In this document: positions 20,101-27,819 of the stretch, piece by piece
Layout: the number at the start of each line of letters is the position of its first letter
Numbering within the stretch: position 1 is the first letter of the stretch
IMG/VR virus record: IMGVR_UViG_3300020131_000002
Coordinates: 1-45,131 of that record
DNA length: 45,131 nucleotides
Direction: 5' to 3' (one strand)
DNA from: a virus
Taxonomy: Duplodnaviria; Caudoviricetes
Made by a program: the position numbers and the translations under genes
The notes under the pieces: model-generated
Told to the model about the DNA's origin: nothing
What the model saw: the letters and a program-made list of their open reading frames with translations, nothing else
The model's database searches: none

Positions 20101-20420
20101 TGAACAAAACCCGGGAGCAAAATTGGGCCAAGACCGAGGCTATTATGTACTGGACAACCCAGCGGGAAAACCTGCAAACGGCGTGGAGTCAGGCCCGGGA
20201 TGCTGACGACCGGGAGACAATTGCGGATGTCGAAGAGCGGATTGACGAGTTTAACGACAGGGTGCTGGATGTGAAATTGCGGCTGCAAAAATGGCAGCTA
20301 CATAAGAGCTACCGCGCCCACCTCGATGCCCAGCGGAAGAAAGAACTAGGCATCGTCCCGGGGAATGTCAGGAACCTGGCGGCAGAAATTTCTTCTTCCT
20401 TTGACGCTGAAGAAGAATAG
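14181..20420 (+). CDS. Large internal virion polyvalent protein with zincin (HExxH) and ADP-ribosyltransferase-like domains
   Basis: 2079 aa, last gene of the late arm. HEFGH at 15909 with downstream DEFMAE; FKAWFG...FFHGT...GFHFG...PVYLNIRNP...GYDGI...VAFEPTQIK at about 16970-17615. Confidence 0.75.
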   Translation: MKPLSDAEVFGQSPKPLTDEEVFGTQAQKPLSDEEVFGASAPDTTDLFSVEGVKSLGTAVGGAYRQLLQNSQDLLTRPEELDGFKGLTREQNQQIRALTDQGVPFREAYTQIYGAAESARNTEIMSHDTQAALERSAIQGQTQEALPENPSEPLRHAQNITSSLAVTAPALAVGAATRNLPLALTMATAPAFPAAYGESRDAGSSHERAGVSAGIQTAVEGGFELLPMGGLLKDLGADAFGKMVAKYIVRETATEIPTTIVQDAIQQAIDTPDRPFSEYLDETLANTLDTAIEAPFGAALGGGLAAGVSAVMPRAKPEPALDPIGEMELEKDIAMQNGSSADAEVLQNILDDLNAEGDLKGRELNQSTSQELPDLPPDREALIQLPDPLADEELASQVQASQVQKVLPFEESNDGTSAVGVDEALSTDSQIGNTLKVRMNAEGYEPNPNDAVPRSQRTIAFGPEEQVGQPLGKVKTKAATYVIGQPTADRSEDVLAGYHEIYENLRQQFMPDATIVLANETMSTRQAVGTTQKLASGEYLIVPAFARKFSAVEGVGTQDAGSFNKHTKAKAFYNIFHEFGHALTMHRFLEGVSPEVQSAFTLEQRNGIVSEEVLAGLSPEQANLVREYNQFRQQMKTQNAAWFQAQWMSPALAVQRQLLKDMKAEPSMNAESFVRRLVSRGNADIAALRAQLAVERVPEARQAITKQIDDLTSALANDYLSFDEFMAEKMARYAHETGLGQDSTLGRGEYFSGGIKHVKAEEQVRSNLMNSTLEKVKQSLQKLFIALKKGLKLPSGETYRIAAGTNFADWVASLGKMSQLVAPQNMPVQVSGEARRAVKAAKGSLPLNSSSYMAQKLRRHITMGSFSVKEKQELYRMVRANDLNTAHLRMVDILKTRVKKQLDTDPNFGARTAGAEEERKAEAISAWGRLRTHSPFFKAWFGEWDTDPANASKVTTASGHPLIFFHGTKGNFDTFTQGDLGFHFGDLIAAHARLYRSAPEEVQARIAMDEWRGQRNAQGGETMRPQDTGMNIIPVYLNIRNPLKISEVGEEVIWTSPTKLAEKLFAEGVLTKAQVKAVEAAENRSPAGESPRDLFAVMRGILQNLGYDGIQYENSVEGGASWVAFEPTQIKTANATFDSTDPRIHMQVDTDLTTATGLEIDTLSKTISKYENMGVTSRALNWLARSQYSLLQLQQLSWIHPEFYFLELQAQASMQYNAAKSRLQAIGESIAKDWQMLGKETDAKLARALEKEVDEGQHWTELQRDATGWKHIVTAATVEKLAAAGIDINTRQGKKAAEIYLRQKNALLQHTEAAQITLARRLGVTVQEQSEFLVKLNELKKAFASIRETPFLPRGDYGAWGLVVYEQKGLERTVIHRQMFENENEMVKAREFLEKSIKPGQHVRTISKLPDEKRALLALPREYVESAAEALSMTQEERDTLFDLLHPVKVDRLLTPYMRALEKISGSSKDRMRNFADFIWHNSTLLARTEAVAAFNKAEQSAREMYAEVDKTPMTARARLALLKDIKRAQVYMQKTKDYMLAPPNEWYAARSTVALVYLWGGIKTAALNLTGMVVTWGHLGSKYGEVAGDAALLKANKQLGLLLQGKAVDPAVEQMYNRAISEGFLVQNYAAHLGAAATAGVTKRLANRSRWTADTHRGLQWVADAGMAPFTLTEQYARRITFLSLVNAEMNDAKVQGKTVNPESLYQEAVKQTDMLQNSYTLANRPAFMRGSGGKLSGLVPLITIFYSFAVHLAWHSTGGYQLGKNRRMEMLGAPKDKGALTHTQRVLLVLLMLGGYEALPFAGNILDILDAVFMHLSGKSARHQLRTGIKSVPAPEGWSWVNDPRWWAKGMGGDVAGVDVSGSLGIGNPVPGTDMFNAHPDNPDELAGRALLNLSGVTGSLAKNLIQLFMDLSAGKSVERNIQQFPGFVGNISSGMNWLDDGKIEGRSGETVYEPNPQEAAAKLAGFTPSGLNKTREQNWAKTEAIMYWTTQRENLQTAWSQARDADDRETIADVEERIDEFNDRVLDVKLRLQKWQLHKSYRAHLDAQRKKELGIVPGNVRNLAAEISSSFDAEEE

Positions 20421-20643
20421 GCTTAGCATCGGGGCGGTTGGGGCAGTCACTCATCCGCTCGCACTTAACCAGTTCTTTCTTGTAGCGTAAGCGCCAATAG
20501 CGAATTGTCCTCACGGAAAACCCGAGAAAATCGGCAAGGTTCTGTGAGGACTCTCGGCGCGTCTGGCGGAGGTACTCGTAGGGGCAACACACTTTCTGAC
20601 ACTTGACAATAAAACGAAATGCACTATCCGGTTTGTACGCCAC
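20368..20643 (-). CDS. Small HTH DNA-binding protein with flanking cysteines
   Basis: SSQNLADFLGFSVRTIRYWR is a classic HTH; last gene of the - strand arm. Confidence 0.65.
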   Translation of the reverse strand: MAYKPDSAFRFIVKCQKVCCPYEYLRQTRRESSQNLADFLGFSVRTIRYWRLRYKKELVKCERMSDCPNRPDAKPILLQRQRKKKFLPPGS

Positions 20644-21832
20644 CTAAAGCCCCCTTGACGAGATACTGCTCGTTCCCTTGTTGTTGGTAATGTATAAAGC
20701 CCGCTTGCGTAGCCCCCCGCAGTGAAGCTTCGAAATCGTTGAAACTGAGGGTGCGGACGAAGTGCTTAAAGAGGTCGTTCTTGGACACGCGACCGTGCGC
20801 CCTGACATACTCCACAATATCGGTAGTGCCCTTGGTAATTTTATCCTGACCAATACGCTGGAATACCTTCGGCATATCCTGTTCGAGGGCGCTGATTGCG
20901 TCAGCGCTAAACTCGAGGTCCTCGGCAGTTATCGAAAGGTCGTTGCGTTGGGCAGCGCACACCACCATTGCGAGTTTGTGGATTAGAGTTTGTTTCCGGG
21001 CGAGGTAGCCCCCGAACTGAGAAAGGTCCAATCCCGAGGGAGGGTTTTGCCAGTGGTTCGTATACCAGTCCCGCCCCCAAGCCCTGGCGTCAGGGGTAAG
21101 GGTCATTTCCCCCAGCAGCTCGGCAATTTGTTTTAAGTCCTCGACAAGGGAGCCCTGCAAGGCCATGAAGTTTTCAGGAACGTTTTCGTCGGGGTAGGCT
21201 ATTTCCTGCCGTTTGCTGTCGGCAAAGACAAAGACACAGCGGGAGGTAAACCCGCCGCCGATCATGTACTCGGGGAAGTTACCCGAAATCCAGGCAGGGG
21301 TGGTACAGGCAATGAGGTTAATCCAGGGATTCTCAATCAGGTCATTCCCGGACATTTTTGTCGTCTTGGTGAAGGAGCCCTTCTTGCCGTCCCAAAGCGA
21401 AACCAGCACGTCCACCATCTCCCGGTCGTCAGGGTTGAGGAAGTTGCCGAACTCGTCAGAGGCGATGGTGATGCAGGACATTGGGAGATACTCCCCCGTT
21501 GTCTTGTCCAGCACAAGCTCCGTGCTCTTCGCCATACTTTCTACGAGGGCTTGCCAAGTGACAACGTCAGGGCCAAAGACAATCCCATCGACGCGGCGAA
21601 GGAGGTTCATCCCCACATTGGCAGTGGTGGATTTCGAGACGATGCCGGGAGGTGCCACCATGACAATGTACATATTCGGAACCCACTGGAAGTATTTCAT
21701 GTCCAGCCAGACCCGGCGGCGGAGTGCCCCACATATCGTACTAACCCCTGTCCAGAAAAGCATCTTCATAGGAGCCTCGCCAAAGCTGGCGTACTCCATA
21801 AAAGCTTTAAGCCAATTCTCGTGATTTCTCAT
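20624..21832 (-). CDS. DUF3987-like AAA ATPase, probable replicative helicase
   Basis: PNMYIVMVAPPGIVSKST (degenerate Walker A), ITIASDEF (Walker B), GGGFTSR (Arg finger), LARKQTLIHKLA; winged-helix-like C-terminus. Confidence 0.7.
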   Translation of the reverse strand: MRNHENWLKAFMEYASFGEAPMKMLFWTGVSTICGALRRRVWLDMKYFQWVPNMYIVMVAPPGIVSKSTTANVGMNLLRRVDGIVFGPDVVTWQALVESMAKSTELVLDKTTGEYLPMSCITIASDEFGNFLNPDDREMVDVLVSLWDGKKGSFTKTTKMSGNDLIENPWINLIACTTPAWISGNFPEYMIGGGFTSRCVFVFADSKRQEIAYPDENVPENFMALQGSLVEDLKQIAELLGEMTLTPDARAWGRDWYTNHWQNPPSGLDLSQFGGYLARKQTLIHKLAMVVCAAQRNDLSITAEDLEFSADAISALEQDMPKVFQRIGQDKITKGTTDIVEYVRAHGRVSKNDLFKHFVRTLSFNDFEASLRGATQAGFIHYQQQGNEQYLVKGALGGVQTG

Positions 21833-22023
21833 TACTTCCCCTGCCCCTTTAATTGTGCCAGCTCATCGAGCAGTGCTTGAATCTCGGCATCACGAACTGA
21901 TGCGTGGTGAGCATTTCTACAACGGGTGGAACAGAAGATTTGCCACTCTCTTGCTGGCTGAAACTCTGTACCACACCCACTGTAGCCACAGGGACGGGGA
22001 GGATATTCTTTTTTCTTGTTCAT
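21832..22023 (-). CDS. Small zinc-finger protein
   Basis: CGYSGCGTEF...QIFCSTRCR; start taken at MNKKKEY. Confidence 0.6.
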   Translation of the reverse strand: MNKKKEYPPRPCGYSGCGTEFQPAREWQIFCSTRCRNAHHASVRDAEIQALLDELAQLKGQGK

Positions 22024-22103
22024 AGAGGCTCTATAAGAAACGCGTTTAAACGGGTGTAAACGGCAGCCAATACTATGGGTGCCTCGTTTTGAGTTATGCA
22101 TTG

Positions 22104-22132
22104 ATAATGCATTTTAAATGCGTTTTTGTCCA
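22104..22132 (-). promoter_or_regulatory. Possible sigma70 promoter for the zinc-finger/helicase/HTH genes
   Basis: TGGACA-17-CATTAT on the - strand. Confidence 0.35.
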
Positions 22133-22179
22133 TATCACATGCCCGGCCAGATCGTATGTGCGTTATCCCACAGATATAA

Positions 22180-22212
22180 ATGGGACGGTAATTGTTTTAA
22201 TCACCGCCCCAT
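22180..22212. promoter_or_regulatory. 33-bp palindromic motif, copy 2
   Basis: ATGGGACGGTAATTGTTTTAATCACCGCCCCAT. Confidence 0.8.
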
Positions 22213-22216
22213 CTTA

Positions 22217-24553
22217 CTACCAACTTTCAGCCTGACAATGCCCCCAAGAAACGCCGGAGGTTTTAAGCCCGGATGGGATTACGAGCGGATCAGGGTAAGG
22301 TACGACGACCTTGAGCTGCTCGCGAAGGCGGGGCTTGACGGCAGGCCAAAGATGGGCCGGGCACTGACCGACTAGCGAGTCATGCACTTGGATGAGGAGC
22401 TGCACCTCGGGGATGTTGCACTCGATGTTATCCCACTGCCGGTTGGTGACGAGGGCCACGGTGCTCTGCGGAACCCAGGCAAGGGCCTCGGGGAGTAAGT
22501 CCTCGACGCGGTCGAAATAGAAGCGGCGGTTGCCGAATTTATTCCGAACCTCGCGGGTGCTCTGCAGCTGGGCGTTGATGCGCTCGTGCCAGTCCTTTAT
22601 TCCAGGATGTATGTCAAACCATCGGCGCTGGAAAAGCTCCGCCTCATGCATGGTAAGAGCAAGCGCGACCGACAGCGTCCTTGGTTTACCGCCGTAGTTA
22701 GTAAGGTGGCACCCCATCTTAGCGCGCTTGTAGTACGGCTCCCGCTTCCCGTCGGGGCCAGCATCGCTCCCGTAAATGTCCTTCGCATTAACAGCATGAA
22801 CCTTCTGTCCGGAACGGAAAATTTCCTTAAGGATGTCATCGTCAGCTTCCCACGCGACGACCTGAGCGTCAGCCCCTGAAAGGTCAACGTCGAAAAGAAC
22901 GTATCCAGGGTCGGGCAGGAAGAGTTTACGAATATTGGGTAGGACGAGCTTGTTTGCGTCATGCTCCTCATCCTCGTCCCCGGCCGGTATGTTCTGGAGA
23001 TTCGTGCCTGAGTCAAAAGCATCTTTCGAGGAAGAAAGCCGGAATGTTTCAGTCCCCGCAGGATTGAAGGAACAACGGATGCGCTTATCCGGGCTGAGCT
23101 GAGCTCGGACAAAAGTCGAGAGAAATACCCCGAGACTTCGCATTTCCCTGATGGTGTTGCAGAGGGGGGCGAGGAGGGGCTCGAGGGATGCGATCTTTCC
23201 GAGCGCCTCATCGTCAGTCGTGATGCCACGTAGCCCTTTGCGCGAACGCTGTGCAGGGACCTTACAATCCTCGTAGAAGAACGTTGCCATTTGCTTCGGG
23301 GAGCGTGGATTGAGCGGATGCCCGCAAAGCTGTACAATGCGTTGTTCTCGAAGCATGACTTCATGCAAAAGTTCCCCGGCAAGTTGATCACGATATTTAA
23401 GGTCAATACGAACCCCCCGCAGCATCATGCGGAGGGCCCTCTTCCACACCCGCATTTGGAAGTTGTACTGCTCGGTAAGGTTGGCCTCGGCTATGCTGGC
23501 AGGAAGGACGTCGCTGATCTCATAGGTGAAACAAGCGTCTTTGCAGTTATAGGTCCACAGCTGTTCCTCTGGAACACTCGGGTCCCAATCCTTCCCCTCA
23601 CCTTTCCAGTACACGTACTTCTGGCAATACATGGAAGCGAGAAAATCAAGCCCCTTTGGAAGTCCTGGGAACAGTACGTGCTGCATGAACATTGTATCGT
23701 CGGTAAGGTTGGGGACGTATCCGTGCTCCTTGGCGAAGTACTGTGCATCATATAGAAAATTCTGACCGACAACCCTGACATTAGGATGAGTAAGAAGACT
23801 ACGCACCATTTGAATAATTGTAAGCTCCTGCTGTTCATCCCAATACCCCTCTGGTTTTTCTACACACATTAAAGGAATGCAGATAGCGGCAGTCTGCGAC
23901 CAAGCGATGCCGATACATGCCATGAACTGACTACGGGTTTCCAAGTCGACGGAAAGTTTAAGCGGCCCCCACGCCGCTTCAGCCTGAAGTGAGGTTAGCG
24001 TCGACACGACCTCGTTGTAGGTTGGGCGAACGGTGAAGCTGTACTCCCGCCAGTTGAATTCGCGGCTGAGCGATTCTTGTTGGGCTCGCCGCAGGTCGGT
24101 AAGTGCGAAGGCCCGCCACTCCCACATCCGCATAATTTGGGAGGGGTGATATGTGGGCAGGACTTTACGGCCCCGCCATTCGAGTAGACTTCCGCGCCAA
24201 GTGCTAATTGCGCTGTCCCCGTTAAACATCCACAAGGGCAATCCGCCCATAGGAATGATGAGGGTTGGGTCGCACTCCTCGATTTCGCGTTCAAGTAGCG
24301 CACGAGCCTGTTCAACCTCGCCCCCGATGGGGCGCTTGTTTTTAAAGTCGAAGTGGTCATCGACGTAAGTCCTCTTTTTAAAGACATTAGTTAAGTAACA
24401 GTCGTTCATGTTAATACCGGTTTGCGCGAGCATACGGCGTAGTTCCGCCCCGCTCGTACCTTGCCACATCCGCCCACGGAGCTGGTCATCAGGGCCTGGA
24501 CTATCCCCGATAATCATGATGCGGGCAGGTGTTCTCCCCTGGGGTTCGATCAT
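22217..24553 (-). CDS. polA: Family A DNA polymerase with N-terminal uracil-DNA glycosylase-like domain and 3'-5' exonuclease
   Basis: UDG-like IIGDSPG...YLTNVFK...TYHPS; exonuclease SVDLET, GQNFLYD, YNCKD; polymerase motifs A DVDLSGADA, B KMGCHLTNYG, C QVHDS. Confidence 0.92.
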   Translation of the reverse strand: MIEPQGRTPARIMIIGDSPGPDDQLRGRMWQGTSGAELRRMLAQTGINMNDCYLTNVFKKRTYVDDHFDFKNKRPIGGEVEQARALLEREIEECDPTLIIPMGGLPLWMFNGDSAISTWRGSLLEWRGRKVLPTYHPSQIMRMWEWRAFALTDLRRAQQESLSREFNWREYSFTVRPTYNEVVSTLTSLQAEAAWGPLKLSVDLETRSQFMACIGIAWSQTAAICIPLMCVEKPEGYWDEQQELTIIQMVRSLLTHPNVRVVGQNFLYDAQYFAKEHGYVPNLTDDTMFMQHVLFPGLPKGLDFLASMYCQKYVYWKGEGKDWDPSVPEEQLWTYNCKDACFTYEISDVLPASIAEANLTEQYNFQMRVWKRALRMMLRGVRIDLKYRDQLAGELLHEVMLREQRIVQLCGHPLNPRSPKQMATFFYEDCKVPAQRSRKGLRGITTDDEALGKIASLEPLLAPLCNTIREMRSLGVFLSTFVRAQLSPDKRIRCSFNPAGTETFRLSSSKDAFDSGTNLQNIPAGDEDEEHDANKLVLPNIRKLFLPDPGYVLFDVDLSGADAQVVAWEADDDILKEIFRSGQKVHAVNAKDIYGSDAGPDGKREPYYKRAKMGCHLTNYGGKPRTLSVALALTMHEAELFQRRWFDIHPGIKDWHERINAQLQSTREVRNKFGNRRFYFDRVEDLLPEALAWVPQSTVALVTNRQWDNIECNIPEVQLLIQVHDSLVGQCPAHLWPAVKPRLREQLKVVVPYPDPLVIPSGLKTSGVSWGHCQAESW

Positions 24554-25269
24554 GCTAGCGACTCCTTAAAAGCGGCAACGGCGAAGGGGCATATGGGCTC
24601 AATAAGAGCCAGCAGCGCCTCGGCGTATACGCGGATTTCATACTGCGCGTGTTCGTGCATACGCAGCCGGCAGAAGTGAAAGAGGTTGTGCAGGTCGACT
24701 GTTGCGAACATGCGGGAGTAGGTGGCGAGGGGTAAAACACTGCGCGCAAGTTCGCGGGGGGCGCCCTCTTTTAGCATACCTTTGTATATCCTAAACGCCT
24801 CCATATTGTGCGACTTCATAAGCTCGGCAATTTGATCTGCATTTGGGTGCTGTTCGTCCGTCCGCATTTGCTTATTACTGCTGTGCTGCGTTGTAATGTT
24901 AGCCAGGGTTGGGATGTAGAACTCTTCTGGCAGTTCGGTGTAGCGGGCAGAAACTTCGTTGTAGCTCCACGTGCGGTGGCGGTGCCACTGACGCAGGACG
25001 AATATCGGAGCCTTTACTTCGAAGGTAAATACCATCGCCTCGAAGGGGCTGGTGTGCCGGTTTGAGTATAAGAAGTTGATGAGTTTTTCGTCCTTCGACT
25101 CATCCCCGGTACGCCAGTCAGCATCATAACTTACCCTGGCATTGCGCACAACTTCAAGGTCTCCGAACCAGCCATCGTTGCATTCGGCCTCCGGATTAGC
25201 CGGCTGCATATAGCTAACCAGTCTGGCAAAGCCGTGGTCAAGCACTTCCCGCTTGTAGTTTTCAATCAT
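24550..25269 (-). CDS. thyX: FAD-dependent thymidylate synthase
   Basis: HTSPFE, RQWHRHRTWSYNEVSARY, ELARSVLP and HAQYEIR motifs. Confidence 0.95.
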   Translation of the reverse strand: MIENYKREVLDHGFARLVSYMQPANPEAECNDGWFGDLEVVRNARVSYDADWRTGDESKDEKLINFLYSNRHTSPFEAMVFTFEVKAPIFVLRQWHRHRTWSYNEVSARYTELPEEFYIPTLANITTQHSSNKQMRTDEQHPNADQIAELMKSHNMEAFRIYKGMLKEGAPRELARSVLPLATYSRMFATVDLHNLFHFCRLRMHEHAQYEIRVYAEALLALIEPICPFAVAAFKESLA

Positions 25270-25490
25270 GTTAAAATCCCCTTAACGTGCAGGTAGTTAA
25301 AAAACCTCCGCGTCCAGTAGGAGCGAATCACGGAGGCGATTGTAAATATACACACCACAAGAACATCGACTGCCAATGAAACATGACAGCCGATTTTGGG
25401 TAGTATAACTATTTGGAGGATGAGACTAATCCCGAACCCGATACCTGTGGAGAGGCAGGCTTCGATGAGGCTGGTTGACTTGCGTTGCAT
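25266..25490 (-). CDS. Small membrane protein
   Basis: SLIEA, two hydrophobic helices, S.IRSYW.RRFFN. Confidence 0.6.
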   Translation of the reverse strand: MQRKSTSLIEACLSTGIGFGISLILQIVILPKIGCHVSLAVDVLVVCIFTIASVIRSYWTRRFFNYLHVKGILT

Positions 25491-25882
25491 TTTTCGCTCC
25501 CTAAGCGGTCGTTATACTCCCTGATTTTTTGTTCTAGCCCAATGTACCCGATAGCATCGACAAGGTTGTCGCGCTTGTGCATATGCATCTGGCGGCATTG
25601 CTTAAGATTTGCCATCATCCAAGCTACGTCGAAGGCGTCAAGGGGGACGACGATGTCGTACTTGGCCTCAATGTGCGCCTTCCACATAAGGGCGGTGGCG
25701 TGCAGGTTCTTCGCGGGGTGGCCGTAGGTTTGCTCCCGGTCGCCATTAACAATTTCGTCGGCTTCAGAGAAAACGCTCTTCGGAATTTCGAGCCAGTCGG
25801 GAGCGCGGCGAATCATCGGGTCGTACTTTTCAGCTAGTGGGTTGGGCATATCGGCAACTATCTGGGCTTCTTCTTTTTTCAT
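25409..25882 (-). CDS. DUF6378-like protein (nucleotide hydrolase-associated family)
   Basis: EADEIVNGDREQTYG.P..N...A.MW...DVAWMM..LK..R...RDNLVDAIGY pattern. Confidence 0.7.
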   Translation of the reverse strand: MKKEEAQIVADMPNPLAEKYDPMIRRAPDWLEIPKSVFSEADEIVNGDREQTYGHPAKNLHATALMWKAHIEAKYDIVVPLDAFDVAWMMANLKQCRQMHMHKRDNLVDAIGYIGLEQKIREYNDRLGSEKCNASQPASSKPASPQVSGSGLVSSSK

Positions 25883-27165
25883 TTGTCAATCTCCAGTTTT
25901 GTAAGGGCAAGGTGGTAGGAAGAGGGTTCCCTCTCTATTCCGGTGGCAGTACAAGAGACTTCGTCCGCGGCGGGGAAGATAGAGCCTGAACCGCAGAACG
26001 GGTCAAGGATACTATCGCCTGGATTGGTGCTACGTTGAAGCAGGTCAACGAGTAGGGAAACGGGTTTCTCCGCTCCATGCTCCCGACCACTGACGGGCGA
26101 GTGGATAAGCACGTCCGTCTTAACAACGTTCATATCGCGAGAGCCTTTAAGCGCATACATGATGCACTCATAGGAACGCTTGTGACCTTGGTTTACCCAC
26201 GGGGCGTTGCCATTGCCCTTGGCCCAGATCAGGGGCTGCGGCCAGACCTTAAACCCCGCCCGGGCAAAGTCGCCGGCAAGGATGTTAAAGCCCTCGAAAG
26301 AGCAGAAGACGTAGGCATGGGAGTTGGGTTTGAGCAGCCGGAAAGCTTCGATTGCAAGGGTGCGGGATATGGCGAGGAAATACTCCCACGAGTCCTCATA
26401 CTCATGCACAGTGCTGAAGTTGCTGCCGAAGTTACTGGCATCGACTCCATAGGGCGGGTCGGTGAGGAGGCAGTTAAAGCTTTCATCATCAAGCCTCGCC
26501 ATGAACTCAAGAGAGTTGCTGTGGTAGAGGTCGTGCGGGGAACGGCTTAGATCGAACTGTTCTGCAAGCACCGCACGATGCGCGGCTCTTGCTTTCTTCT
26601 CAATGATTTTAAGGGCCTCTTTCTGCGATGGGGCGCGAAGCACTTCCGGGTCGTCAAGGTGCTGGGCGATGATGAGCGACTCTTTAACAATTGCCACGTC
26701 ATTGGAGTTCGGAACGTCTTGAAGGAGTTCTGCAGCTGTGAGAGCCATTGTGTGTCGGAAACCGGATCTTTCTTTCTGTCCACATCGTAGAACATGGAGT
26801 CTTTCCACAGCTGCTGCGCGCTCCTGCCAAGTGAGGTCAACGCGACGAATGTTCTCTTCAAGTTCAGCTTCTTCAGCTTGTTCATCGGAAAGGTCTCCAA
26901 GCATATTAACGGGGATAGTCCCGGCAGCGTATACAGCCTCGCCACAGCGAATGGGAATGTCGAGTTCTATCAGCATTTGCATCGCGCGCAGGCGACGCTC
27001 CCCGGCGACTAGGGTAAGCCCCTCAGGCGACTGCCGACAGACAATGGGGTGTAGCAGTCCGTTCTTCTGGATGCTGGCGGAAAGTTCAGCAAGTTTGTCG
27101 GTGTCGAAAGTTTGCCGCTGGCGATTTTCCGCAACGATAATATCACTTGCGAGGATTGGTTTCAT
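25879..27165 (-). CDS. ParB-like N-terminal domain fused to amino (N6A/N4C) DNA methyltransferase
   Basis: LAELSASIQKNGLLHPIV...LVAGERRLRA (ParB); TDPPYG, H.AEKP and LDPFCGSGS (beta-class MTase). Confidence 0.9.
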   Translation of the reverse strand: MKPILASDIIVAENRQRQTFDTDKLAELSASIQKNGLLHPIVCRQSPEGLTLVAGERRLRAMQMLIELDIPIRCGEAVYAAGTIPVNMLGDLSDEQAEEAELEENIRRVDLTWQERAAAVERLHVLRCGQKERSGFRHTMALTAAELLQDVPNSNDVAIVKESLIIAQHLDDPEVLRAPSQKEALKIIEKKARAAHRAVLAEQFDLSRSPHDLYHSNSLEFMARLDDESFNCLLTDPPYGVDASNFGSNFSTVHEYEDSWEYFLAISRTLAIEAFRLLKPNSHAYVFCSFEGFNILAGDFARAGFKVWPQPLIWAKGNGNAPWVNQGHKRSYECIMYALKGSRDMNVVKTDVLIHSPVSGREHGAEKPVSLLVDLLQRSTNPGDSILDPFCGSGSIFPAADEVSCTATGIEREPSSYHLALTKLEIDK

Positions 27166-27310
27166 TTGTAGTCCCCTTGATTAGGTGTTTTACTTCGATC
27201 TCAAATTGCTTGCCGGTGTCATCCATTACGAGGACAGTGTCAGGAAAGTGCCCGGTTGAAATGACCGTCAGGCGGCCGAAGGTGGGATGGGTTACAACAG
27301 AAGGCAGCAT
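27143..27310 (-). CDS. Hypothetical protein (55 aa)
   Basis: ORF with GGAG RBS before ATG 27310. Confidence 0.5.
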   Translation of the reverse strand: MLPSVVTHPTFGRLTVISTGHFPDTVLVMDDTGKQFEIEVKHLIKGTTNETNPRK

Positions 27311-27323
27311 ATCTTTGCTCTCC

Positions 27324-27351
27324 AAAAAAGAGGGAGCCGCAGCCCCCTCTC
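27324..27351 (-). terminator. Rho-independent terminator after the SSB-like gene
   Basis: GC-rich stem AGGGGGC...GCTCCCT followed by a T-run on the - strand. Confidence 0.75.
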
Positions 27352-27366
27352 TGTATTACACTTAAA

Positions 27367-27819
27367 TTACAGCTTGGTTACACCGGCGACTTCAGCCCGC
27401 AGGATGGTGGAGCCTGGTACCGAGGTTGTGTCAGCGCGGTGAGCGATGCGAACCTTGGCAACAGCACCAACAAGGTGGTTGAAAGACCAGGGCGTACCGG
27501 CAACGTTTTGGCCAAGGGCCTCACGCAGACGGCCGAGCTGTACGTTCTTGCCCTTACCGAATTCCAGGTTTCCGTTTTCGCCAATGTCCAGGAAGATGGA
27601 CTGACGGACGGTCGGGTTAGCCATGCCGGTTTCCTTAGCTACACCCTCATCGTCAATCTTCCAGGTAACGTCAAGAATGACACTGGATTTGGCGGTGCGG
27701 ATAGCTTGCTTGTCGACAACAGCAGGGAATTCGCCTACGGGAACTGGGACGTATTCGGTTGAGTTGGCATCGTTGAATTGGGCATTTTGGAAGGCGTCAA
27801 CGTTAAAGGTAGTTTCCAT
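27367..27819 (-). CDS. Single-stranded DNA-binding protein (DUF669-like OB fold)
   Basis: EYVPVPVGEF.A...NVQLGRLREALGQN...W...LVG..AKVRI; located downstream of the AAA ATPase. Confidence 0.65.
   Translation of the reverse strand: METTFNVDAFQNAQFNDANSTEYVPVPVGEFPAVVDKQAIRTAKSSVILDVTWKIDDEGVAKETGMANPTVRQSIFLDIGENGNLEFGKGKNVQLGRLREALGQNVAGTPWSFNHLVGAVAKVRIAHRADTTSVPGSTILRAEVAGVTKL

Noticed and set aside
22160-22173. DnaA-box-like TTATCCCACA
   Set aside because: It has an extra base relative to TTATCCACA and is a single copy.
25879-27165. ParB as evidence for a plasmid-prophage lifestyle
   Set aside because: The ParB domain is fused to a methyltransferase, and I found no ParA, Rep, protelomerase, integrase or CI-type repressor.
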